Source: Candidatus Sericytochromatia bacterium | GTDB lineage: Bacteria > Cyanobacteriota > Sericytochromatia > S15B-MN24 > VGJW01 | Direction of reading: 5' to 3' | Length of the DNA: 43,407 nt | NCBI GenBank assembly: GCA_035285865.1 | Contig: JAYKHS010000025.1 | Coordinates: 1 to 43,407, forward strand | In this document: in pieces, positions 20,337 through 27,536 of the stretch | Numbering within the stretch: the first letter of the stretch is position 1 | Layout: every line of letters begins with the position of its first letter | Program-made: the position numbers and the translations under genes | Notes under the pieces: model-generated | What the model was told of the DNA's origin: nothing | Database searches by the model: none | The model's input: only the letters and a program-made list of their open reading frames with translations

Positions 20337-20951
20337 CTAGACGCGGCGAATCAGGCCGACGACCTTGCCCTGGATGGTCACGTGCTGGACCAAGATGGGC
20401 TCCATCCGGGCATTGGCCGGCTGCAGCCGGTACCCGTTCCGCTCCCGGTAGATCCGCTTGAGCGTAGCTTCGCCATCCTCGAGCAGGGCAACCACGATCT
20501 CGCCATCGCGCGCCGTTTGCTGCTTGCGGATGACGACCCAGTCGCCCGGTGTGATGTGGTCCTCGATCATCGACTCGCCCTTCACCTCGAGCAGGTAAAC
20601 CTGATCCTGGGGCCAGAGATCGGCGAGATCCACCTGATCCTGTCCCTCGATGGCCTCTATGGGCCGCCCTGCGGCGATACGCCCGGCCATGGGCAGGACA
20701 CTGGCCGGCCGCTCGCCGGCTTCGTCGCCCATGATGCGAATGGCGCGATTGCGCCCCTTCTCCCATTCGATCAGGCCCCGCGCCGCCAGGCTGGTGAGGT
20801 GGTAGTGGATCGTCGACGTCGAGCGCAAGCCGGTGGCGATGCCGATTTCCCGGATGGACGGCACGTAGCCTTTCTCGGCTCGCCACTGCCGAAGGACCTC
20901 GAGGATTTCGAGCTGTCGGGCCGGAATGTCCTGCTCGTTCGCCTGCTGCAC
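20337..20951 (-). CDS. lexA: SOS repressor LexA
   Basis: Winged HTH (RQLEIL, PSIREIG, STSTIHYHL), cleavage site IAAG, catalytic Ser in VKGESM and Lys in ATLKR. GTG start with GGAGG SD. Confidence 0.97.
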   Translation of the reverse strand: MQQANEQDIPARQLEILEVLRQWRAEKGYVPSIREIGIATGLRSTSTIHYHLTSLAARGLIEWEKGRNRAIRIMGDEAGERPASVLPMAGRIAAGRPIEAIEGQDQVDLADLWPQDQVYLLEVKGESMIEDHITPGDWVVIRKQQTARDGEIVVALLEDGEATLKRIYRERNGYRLQPANARMEPILVQHVTIQGKVVGLIRRV

Positions 20952-20973
20952 GACGACTGCCTCCGTTGTGGGT

Positions 20974-20987
20974 GGAACAATGTTTCG
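20974..20987. promoter_or_regulatory. Putative LexA operator (GAAC-N4-GTTC type SOS box)
   Basis: CGAAA-CATT-GTTCC on the minus strand, directly downstream of the lexA -10 element. Confidence 0.75.
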
Positions 20988-21016
20988 ATTGTCGTCAGGA
21001 GAGCAGGCTCTGTCAA
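20988..21016 (-). promoter_or_regulatory. lexA promoter
   Basis: TTGACA(21011-21016)-17 nt-GACAAT(20988-20993). Confidence 0.75.
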
Positions 21017-21029
21017 GCGCTGGCGCCTC

Positions 21030-21064
21030 TTGTAGGGAGGTAAAGCTGCCGTTAAGATGGGGAC
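21030..21064 (+). promoter_or_regulatory. sigma70-type promoter giving a leaderless transcript of ORF 21065
   Basis: TTGTAG(21030-21035)-17 nt-TAAGAT(21053-21058)-6 nt-ATG. Confidence 0.6.
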
Positions 21065-21457
21065 ATGCATCTTGCGGTCCTGCATCTCGCGTTCGACGGC
21101 GCGCTGGCCAAGCGTCGGCGGGCCTCGATGTCCGCGCGGGGGTGGGGCGTCTATCACCTGCATCCGACCGGGGCGGCGCTGACGGCCCTGCGCGAGTTTC
21201 CCCCCGACGTCCTGGCGGTCGAGGCCGAGTCGCGACAGGATGAAGTCCTGCCGATTCTGGCCAGCCTTGCCGCCGAGCGGCACCGGCGCGGTGGTCATTT
21301 CCCTGTCGTGGTCGTCGGTGCCGGGCCCGACATCGGGTGCGACTGGCCCGAGACACCGCCCGGCTGGCGTTGCTTCCTGCCGGCCGGTGCGTCGGATGCC
21401 GAGGTCGAGGCGGCGTGCCTGGCCGTTGCCGGCTTGCGTCGCGAGGCCCTTGCCTGA
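21065..21457 (+). CDS. Hypothetical protein, degenerate stand-alone receiver (REC)-like domain
   Basis: GWGV..AALTALREFPPDVLAVE..LPILASL..FPVVVVG follows the CheY fold pattern. TGATG coupling to the next gene. Confidence 0.65.
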   Translation: MHLAVLHLAFDGALAKRRRASMSARGWGVYHLHPTGAALTALREFPPDVLAVEAESRQDEVLPILASLAAERHRRGGHFPVVVVGAGPDIGCDWPETPPGWRCFLPAGASDAEVEAACLAVAGLRREALA

Positions 21458-22719
21458 TGCGTGATCGCGCTGCTGCCCGTCTCCTTGCCGTGCTGGCCGC
21501 AGCGGCGGTCGTCGGAGCGTGCGGCACGATGCCCGGTCCGCGGGCTGCGGGCGAAGGTGCCCTGCTGGGCAGCGCGGCCGTCGCCTCTGGCCAGGATCAG
21601 GATAGCGGCTTGTCGCGTCGCGCCGTCCTGCCGGCAGGAGTGGGCTTCTTGCGCATAGGCCTGACGCTCGGGGCTGCATCCGTTCAGATCGGGTTGCCGC
21701 CGGGGAGTTCGATCCAGGGACAGGTGCTCGGGCCCGGAGGCATCCTCGAGGTCGCCGCCCAGGGGACGGGCAAGGCCCTGCTGACCGGACCGTGGGGGCA
21801 GGCCGAGCAACGCCTGCCGCTCTGGATTCAGCCACCCGTCGGCAGCTTCCTGCAACACAAGGGTCGGCTGTACGGCGGGCTGATGGAGGTCCTGGACGCA
21901 CCGGACAGGCCGGGTTCCCTGACCGTCGTCGAGCGGGTGCCTCTCGAGCAGTACCTGCGAGGTGTCGTGCCAGCCGAGATCAAGGCTTCCTGGCACTCCG
22001 AGGCCCTGCGTTGCCAGGCCGTGGCCGCCCGCACCTATGCCTGCGCCAACGTGGGACGCCGGGCCGCCCTGGGTTTCGATCTCATGGATACCGTCTCGGA
22101 TCAGGTTTATGGCGGTGCCGGTGCTGCTCATCCGGCGACGGACGAGGCCATCAGGGCCACCGAGGGGGTGGTGCTGACGTGGCAGGACAAGCCGATTGAA
22201 GCCTACTTCCACAGTTCTTCCGGCGGCGAGACCGATGATGGCTTGGCCGTCTGGGGCATCGATCTCCCTTACCTCAAGGGGACCGTCGACATCGATGCCT
22301 CACCGAATGCGTCGTGGCGGGTCGATCTCACCCCTGAGGGCCTGCGGCGGGGCCTCCAGATGCTTGGCTTGAGCTGTGGCATGCCGGAGAAGTTCGAGAT
22401 CGAGGCGCGCACGCCCCACGGCCGGGCCCGTTGGCTTGGAGTGAGCGGAAGCCAAGGCTCGGTCCGAGTCGATGCCAACAAGCTTCGCCTCGCTCTGGGC
22501 TGGCGCAGCACTCGGTATGGAATCGCCGCAGTGGCTTCCGGGTGGCGGCTCGACGGGGGGGGCTGGGGGCACGGGCTCGGCATGAGCCAGTGGGGGGCCA
22601 AGGCCTTCGCCGAAGCTGGCATGTCCGCTGCCGACATCCTCGCCCGTTACTACCCGGGTGCGCGCTGGACGCCGCCCGCCGAGGGCGGACTCGGTCTCAC
22701 GCCGCTGGCGGTTCGCTGA
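21457..22719 (+). CDS. SpoIID/LytB domain lipoprotein (lytic transglycosylase family)
   Basis: Lipobox VVGAC; LEQYLRGVVPAE, EALRCQAVAARTYA, DQVYGG, AYFHSSSGGET, GWGHGLGMSQWGA, ILARYYPG. Confidence 0.93.
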   Translation: MRDRAAARLLAVLAAAAVVGACGTMPGPRAAGEGALLGSAAVASGQDQDSGLSRRAVLPAGVGFLRIGLTLGAASVQIGLPPGSSIQGQVLGPGGILEVAAQGTGKALLTGPWGQAEQRLPLWIQPPVGSFLQHKGRLYGGLMEVLDAPDRPGSLTVVERVPLEQYLRGVVPAEIKASWHSEALRCQAVAARTYACANVGRRAALGFDLMDTVSDQVYGGAGAAHPATDEAIRATEGVVLTWQDKPIEAYFHSSSGGETDDGLAVWGIDLPYLKGTVDIDASPNASWRVDLTPEGLRRGLQMLGLSCGMPEKFEIEARTPHGRARWLGVSGSQGSVRVDANKLRLALGWRSTRYGIAAVASGWRLDGGGWGHGLGMSQWGAKAFAEAGMSAADILARYYPGARWTPPAEGGLGLTPLAVR

Positions 22720-23647
22720 CCGGGCGCAGGCCCAGCAAGTGCATCGCGTTGCCGCCAAGTACGGCGCGGCGTTCGGGGCCGGGCGGAAGGGCCCGGCGAA
22801 TGTGCGCAAGTGCGTATCGGGCCTTGAGCAGGGGCCAGTCCGACCCGAACAGCACCCTGTCGCTGCCAAGGCGCGACACGGCGCGCCGGATGGTGTCGGG
22901 ATCCTGCCAGCTGGTTTCTACGTGGACCCACGGTCGGTTCTGGGCCATCGCAATGACCTGCTCCGACTGATCCCAGCCTATATGGGCAAGAATGACCGGT
23001 TGCCGACGCCACGCGTCCAGCAGGGGAGTCAGCAACCGGGCATCTTCTCGACCGCAGGTCCGGAATGGAAAGGTGCCCGTATGGAAGGTCACGATCAAAC
23101 GATACTTGTCTGCAAGGGCCATCAGGCGCTCCACCCGGGCGTCACCGGGATCGATCAGGTGCAGCTGAGGGTGGATCTTGAGGCCGTGGACCGGATGAAG
23201 GGCCATGAGTGCTTTCAGCCGCGCTTCGGGTTCCGGATGATAGGGGTCGAGGCCGAGGGATACGCTGAAGCGGCCGGGGTGGTCGGCCAGTGCTGCCAGC
23301 ACGGGTTCGCTGCGGAAATAGGGCTCGAGCGTGTGGACCCAGGTGTGGGCGATCCCGGTGCGATCCATGTCGGCCAGCAGTTCCCGGATGCCGAGGCGAC
23401 TGAAGATGGCCTGGACTTGAGGCCAGCCGAGGTCGCTCATGGCCCGTGAGAGCACCTGGGGCCACCCGTGCCTGCCATAGGTCGCCAGCCGATCGAGCAG
23501 CGGATGGGCCAGCGGTTCGGTCAGGGCGAGCACGTTGGTCAACAGTTGCTCGACGGGATGTCGCGCGAACCGTTCGAGCAGCAGGCGGGGCTCCGCCCTG
23601 CTGCCCAGGTGAGCGTGGGCATCCACCACGACTTCCGTCTCGACCAT
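22697..23647 (-). CDS. Amidohydrolase family (Amidohydro_2) metal-dependent hydrolase
   Basis: VDAHAH, GLKIHP, FHTG, ILAHIG, ETS, RVLFGSDWP, LGGNA. Confidence 0.88.
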   Translation of the reverse strand: MVETEVVVDAHAHLGSRAEPRLLLERFARHPVEQLLTNVLALTEPLAHPLLDRLATYGRHGWPQVLSRAMSDLGWPQVQAIFSRLGIRELLADMDRTGIAHTWVHTLEPYFRSEPVLAALADHPGRFSVSLGLDPYHPEPEARLKALMALHPVHGLKIHPQLHLIDPGDARVERLMALADKYRLIVTFHTGTFPFRTCGREDARLLTPLLDAWRRQPVILAHIGWDQSEQVIAMAQNRPWVHVETSWQDPDTIRRAVSRLGSDRVLFGSDWPLLKARYALAHIRRALPPGPERRAVLGGNAMHLLGLRPVSEPPAA

Positions 23648-23665
23648 GCCACCGCCATGAAGCCT

Positions 23666-23699
23666 TCGCCCCCGCACCTCGGGGAAGGTGCGGGGGCGA
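23666..23699. terminator. Perfect 14-bp hairpin after khpA
   Basis: TCGCCCCCGCACCT-cgggga-AGGTGCGGGGGCGA; no U tract on the minus strand. Confidence 0.55.
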
Positions 23700-23724
23700 C
23701 AGAGTCAGTAGGCCCGGAAGGCTG

Positions 23725-23973
23725 TCAGGCGACGGCTTCCTCGAGTTCGATGGAAACCTGCTGACCACCGCGCTGGGCGGCAGACTTCACGATCTGACGA
23801 AGCGCCGCGATGGTCCGACCGGAGCGACCGATCACCCGACCGACATCGCCCGGCGCAACGGTGACCAACAACTGCAGGACACCCCGCTCGTGGCCGAGCG
23901 TGATGCGAACCTCGTCGGGGTGATCCACCAGCGGCGTCAGCAGGTGGAGCAGCAGGGCCTCGTAAGGATCCAC
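23725..23973 (-). CDS. khpA: KH domain RNA-binding protein (KhpA/YlqC family)
   Basis: LVDHPDEV and DVGRVIGRSGRTIAALR (GxxG); conserved position downstream of rpsP; GTG start. Confidence 0.9.
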   Translation of the reverse strand: MDPYEALLLHLLTPLVDHPDEVRITLGHERGVLQLLVTVAPGDVGRVIGRSGRTIAALRQIVKSAAQRGGQQVSIELEEAVA

Positions 23974-23984
23974 GCGATAGCCTG

Positions 23985-24272
23985 CTAGACGGCCTTGGCA
24001 GCCTTGGCGTCGGCCTTGGCCTTCTCGAAGGCGGCCAGCGTGCCGGCACGACCGAGCAGCGTGCGCACCGTCTCGGAGGGCTGGGCGCCGTTCAGCAGCC
24101 ACTGTACGGCTTCCTCTTCCTTGACGCGGAGCTCGACGGGCTCACGCTGAGGGTCGTAGTAGCCGACCTCGGCCAGCACGCGACCATCGCGACGGGTCCG
24201 CGAGTCCACGACGACCATGCGGTACTTGGCGTGCTTGGTGGCGCCCAAGCGCTTGAGACGAATCTTGACCAT
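23985..24272 (-). CDS. rpsP: 30S ribosomal protein S16
   Basis: MVKIRLKRLG, YRMVVVDSRTRRDG, VGYYDP, WLLNGAQPSETV. Confidence 0.98.
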   Translation of the reverse strand: MVKIRLKRLGATKHAKYRMVVVDSRTRRDGRVLAEVGYYDPQREPVELRVKEEEAVQWLLNGAQPSETVRTLLGRAGTLAAFEKAKADAKAAKAV

Positions 24273-24306
24273 GCGATCCTCCGGGACGACTGCCGAAAGG
24301 CGAAAC

Positions 24307-25692
24307 TCAACGAGGGGGGAAAGGAAAACCAGGGAGACCGGGGAACTTGCCAGTTGGTCCGAATGGCAGCCGCCGCTTGCCACCCAGACGCTTCTGCATG
24401 CCCGAAAACTGCTTCATCATCTGCCGCATCTGGGCAAATTCCTTGAGGAGCCGATTGACTTCCTGGACGGACGTGCCCGAGCCGCGCGCGATGCGAATCT
24501 TGCGCGACCCTTGAATGATATCAGGATTTCGCCGCTCGGAGGGAGTCATCGAGCCGAGGATGACTTCGATGCGGCGCAATTGCTTCTCACCCTGGGCCAG
24601 GCCATCGCTGCCGAGTGCCTGGCTCAAGCCCGGAATGGGGAGCATCTTGAGAATGCTCTCGAGGGAGCCGATGTTTCGCAACTGGCGCAGCTGGCCCGCG
24701 AAATCCTCGAGGTCGAACTCGGCCTTGCGGAACTTCTTCTCGAGGGCCCGGGCCTCTTCCTCGGTGACATTCTCCTGGACTTTCTCGATGAGCGTGAGCA
24801 CGTCGCCCATCCCCAGGATGCGCGTCGCGACCCTGTCGGGATGGAACGGCTCGAGGGCGTCCACCTTTTCACCGGTACCGGCGAACTTCACGGGGCAGCC
24901 CGTGATGACCTTGGCAGAGAGAGCCGCCCCGCCGCGCGTGTCGCCATCGAGCTTCGTCAGGACGAGGCCCGTCAAGCCCATCGCAGCGTGGAAGGCCTCG
25001 GCCGTGCGGACGGCGTCCTGGCCCATCATCGCGTCGACGACCAGCAGCGTTTCCTCTGGCTGCAGGGCGTCGCGGAAAGCGCGTGCCTCGGCCATCATGG
25101 CCTCGTCCACCGCGAGGCGCCCGGCGGTGTCCACCAACAGCAGGTCATGCCCGTCGGCCCTGGCCTGCTCGCGTGCCTTGAGGGCGATGGCGACGGGATC
25201 GGTAGCCTCCGTGTCCAGGACCACCGGGACGCCGATCTGCTTGCCGAGGACCTCGAGCTGGCGTGCTGCCGCGGGTCGGTAGGTGTCGCAGGCTGCCAGC
25301 AGGGGCCGACGGCCCAGGCGCTTGAGGTGAAGGGCCAACTTGGCCGAGGTGGTCGTCTTGCCGGAACCCTGCAGGCCGACCATGAGCACCACGGTGGGCT
25401 TGCCGCCCATGGCGAGCGGGGCGCGCTCCCCACCCAAGAGTCGCAGCAATTCGTCGTGGACGGCTTTGACGAAGTGTTGCGAGGGATTGAGGCCGGGCGC
25501 CACCTCCCGGCCGACGACCTGGTCCCGGACGCGCTGAACCAGCTCCTTGACGACGGGCAGGGCCACGTCCGCTTCAAGCAGGGCGCGTCGCACCTCGCGG
25601 AGCGCTTCCGAGACGTGCTCCTCCGTCAGGGTGCCTTTCCGTCCGAGGGAACGGAACAGGCCCTGCAGTTTCTCGCTCAGGGCATCGAACAT
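24307..25692 (-). CDS. ffh: Signal recognition particle protein Ffh
   Basis: ALLEADV, GLQGSGKTT, DTAGR, TKLDGDTRGG, GMGDVLTLIEK and Met-rich M domain (SRKIRIARGSG). Confidence 0.98.
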   Translation of the reverse strand: MFDALSEKLQGLFRSLGRKGTLTEEHVSEALREVRRALLEADVALPVVKELVQRVRDQVVGREVAPGLNPSQHFVKAVHDELLRLLGGERAPLAMGGKPTVVLMVGLQGSGKTTTSAKLALHLKRLGRRPLLAACDTYRPAAARQLEVLGKQIGVPVVLDTEATDPVAIALKAREQARADGHDLLLVDTAGRLAVDEAMMAEARAFRDALQPEETLLVVDAMMGQDAVRTAEAFHAAMGLTGLVLTKLDGDTRGGAALSAKVITGCPVKFAGTGEKVDALEPFHPDRVATRILGMGDVLTLIEKVQENVTEEEARALEKKFRKAEFDLEDFAGQLRQLRNIGSLESILKMLPIPGLSQALGSDGLAQGEKQLRRIEVILGSMTPSERRNPDIIQGSRKIRIARGSGTSVQEVNRLLKEFAQMRQMMKQFSGMQKRLGGKRRLPFGPTGKFPGLPGFPFPPR

Positions 25693-25703
25693 CGGAAAAC
25701 CAC

Positions 25704-25732
25704 ATGGTCCGCGCGCCCGGCGGTGGCGTCAA
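25704..25732 (-). promoter_or_regulatory. ffh promoter with a very short leader
   Basis: TTGACG(25727-25732)-17 nt-GACCAT(25704-25709)-11 nt-ATG; no SD. Confidence 0.55.
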
Positions 25733-25748
25733 GGGATCCGCTCGGGCG

Positions 25749-26723
25749 TCAGTCCTCGTCGACGGCCGGGCGGCTCTCCCGCTCCGTCAGGACCAGGATG
25801 GCCCGCAGGGTGGAGGCGGTGACCTCCAGGCTGCGGGCGCTGTGCTCCAGCAGGTCCTCCCAGCCCTTGGTGCGCGGACCGGGCCTGAGTTCGGCCGCGT
25901 TGCCCCGCACGATGGCCTTTCTGTCCCGCAAGCGCTTGGGGGCCCATTCGAGGACCTGGGTCCACAGTTCATCACCGCGACCCGAGGCGTACAGCGCCAG
26001 AGCGCGCGTTGCCGTGTCCACGTCCACGAACTTCAGGCGCGGTGCCGTGCGGACGGCCTTCAGGAGCGGGCCTCGATCCACCTTGAGTTCGGCTTGCATC
26101 TCGAGCCGGATGGCACGTTCGTAGGCCGAGATGAGATTGTCCTGCAGCGTCGCGTAACGTTGGCTGCGGAATTTCACCTCGGGCAGCATGCGCAGGGGCA
26201 GCGGCACGGTGCGCAGGGGCTCGCCCATCTCCGAGACATAGGCGAGGCTTCGCGCGAGGCTGCGGAACCCCCAGTACACTTCACCGCGGGCAAAGGCGGC
26301 GAGGGCTTCCTTGCGATGCCGGGCCGCCTCGGCTGGGGCTCTGCCCAGCCGAATGACGCCCCCGGCCAGATGCCTGTAGCCGTGCTGCCAGCCGTCCGGG
26401 CCGCCGAACCACGCATCCAGGGGGCCACCGGTCGGGGGGGTGTCCGTCGGCCATTGGGGCTCCTCGATATAGGTCGCCAGGATCTCGCGGGCCGAGGTGT
26501 AGTCACCCGGCAGGCGATCGACGAAGAGTCGCGGCGGTTCGACGTCATCCATCGGTCTCGAGGGCACCTGGATGCGCTTGTGGCGGTCCAGCCAACGCAC
26601 GTCCCGCAACACGCCTCTGAGGATCAGGTCGTCCCGCTCCCACGCGGCCGAAGGCAACTGGACCGACAGCGCCAGCACGACCGCCAGCGGGGACAGAAGG
26701 ACCGATCGAACCAGCGCGAGCAT
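25749..26723 (-). CDS. Secreted protein resembling Zn-dependent phospholipase C / S1-P1 nuclease fold, metal ligands degenerate
   Basis: Signal peptide ending PSAA-W; GYRH, G.AP..A, AFARGEVYWGFRSLARSLAYVSEMGEPLRT, ISAYE. Start placed at ATG 26723. Confidence 0.62.
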   Translation of the reverse strand: MLALVRSVLLSPLAVVLALSVQLPSAAWERDDLILRGVLRDVRWLDRHKRIQVPSRPMDDVEPPRLFVDRLPGDYTSAREILATYIEEPQWPTDTPPTGGPLDAWFGGPDGWQHGYRHLAGGVIRLGRAPAEAARHRKEALAAFARGEVYWGFRSLARSLAYVSEMGEPLRTVPLPLRMLPEVKFRSQRYATLQDNLISAYERAIRLEMQAELKVDRGPLLKAVRTAPRLKFVDVDTATRALALYASGRGDELWTQVLEWAPKRLRDRKAIVRGNAAELRPGPRTKGWEDLLEHSARSLEVTASTLRAILVLTERESRPAVDED

Positions 26724-26747
26724 CTGAGGGGCAGGATAGCACGAGCC

Positions 26748-26757
26748 GGGTACAAGA
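26748..26757 (+). promoter_or_regulatory. GGGTACAAGA motif, copy 2
   Basis: Starts 15 nt before GTG 26763. Confidence 0.55.
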
Positions 26758-26762
26758 CCCTC

Positions 26763-27536
26763 GTGACGCGACGCTGGCGAACCCTGCTTTCGTTGGCTTC
26801 CCTGCTGGGGTTGCCAGCCCTCGGTGGCTGCCCGCGCCTCGCGGCTGGCCTGGGGGCGGCCGCCACGCCGACACCTGTGGTGCGTGACAAGGTGGCCTTG
26901 CCGCCCAATCGGGTGCCCGTCGAGTCCAACATCATCGGTGTCAACGGGACCTTCGGCATCCAGGGGTTGGTCAGGCGTGACGACCGGACAATCCACCGGG
27001 ACATCCGCGTGAGCCTCTTGCAGGGTGCCGGTCGCTACATGATGCCGACGGACGATCTTGGCGGCTACCGATTTGACGGCCTCAAGCTGGGCAGCTACCG
27101 CCTCCTCTTCGAGGCAGACGGCTACGAGTCGCGCGACATCCCCGTCCTGCTCTCCGAGGGGTCGGTATCGCCCCCGGACCAGGTGCTCACGTCGCCCTTC
27201 GAGGCGGTCATCCTGAAGCCTGCGCTGGCCACGGTCTCGCTTCCTCCACCAGACAACCTGCAACCCATCGAGCCCACGACCGTGCGCTACGTCGTCACCG
27301 TCCGCAAGCGCAACAAGGACGTGGCCACGGCCTCTGTCGCGGATTTCGCGTGGACCCCGTCCTATGTCCAGTCCGGCGTCTTCCGTGCTGATGTCGATGC
27401 CGCGACCGGTCCTGTCACGGTCATTGCCACGATGATCCGTCGGCCGGAGCTCAAGGGGGTCGCGGACCTCAACGTGATCGATCATCCGGGTGAGACCGAG
27501 TTGCAGATTCTTGCCCTGCCGCGAGGTGGGCGATGA
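26763..27536 (+). CDS. Lipoprotein with carboxypeptidase-regulatory-like (transthyretin-like beta-sandwich) domain
   Basis: MTRRWRTLLSLASLLGLPALGGC lipobox; IQGLV, TDDLGGYRFDGLKLGSYRLLFEADGY pattern. Confidence 0.75.
   Translation: MTRRWRTLLSLASLLGLPALGGCPRLAAGLGAAATPTPVVRDKVALPPNRVPVESNIIGVNGTFGIQGLVRRDDRTIHRDIRVSLLQGAGRYMMPTDDLGGYRFDGLKLGSYRLLFEADGYESRDIPVLLSEGSVSPPDQVLTSPFEAVILKPALATVSLPPPDNLQPIEPTTVRYVVTVRKRNKDVATASVADFAWTPSYVQSGVFRADVDAATGPVTVIATMIRRPELKGVADLNVIDHPGETELQILALPRGGR

Noticed and set aside
20952..21527. N-terminal extension of LexA to 396 aa in the ORF track
   Set aside because: The extension is low-complexity and overlaps the divergent gene. The SD, promoter and operator all support a start at GTG 20951.
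25704..27485. Apparent long bidirectional overlap of the 610-aa (+) and 578-aa (-) ORFs
   Set aside because: Resolves into two non-overlapping divergent genes, each starting with a signal peptide (ATG 26723 minus, GTG 26763 plus).
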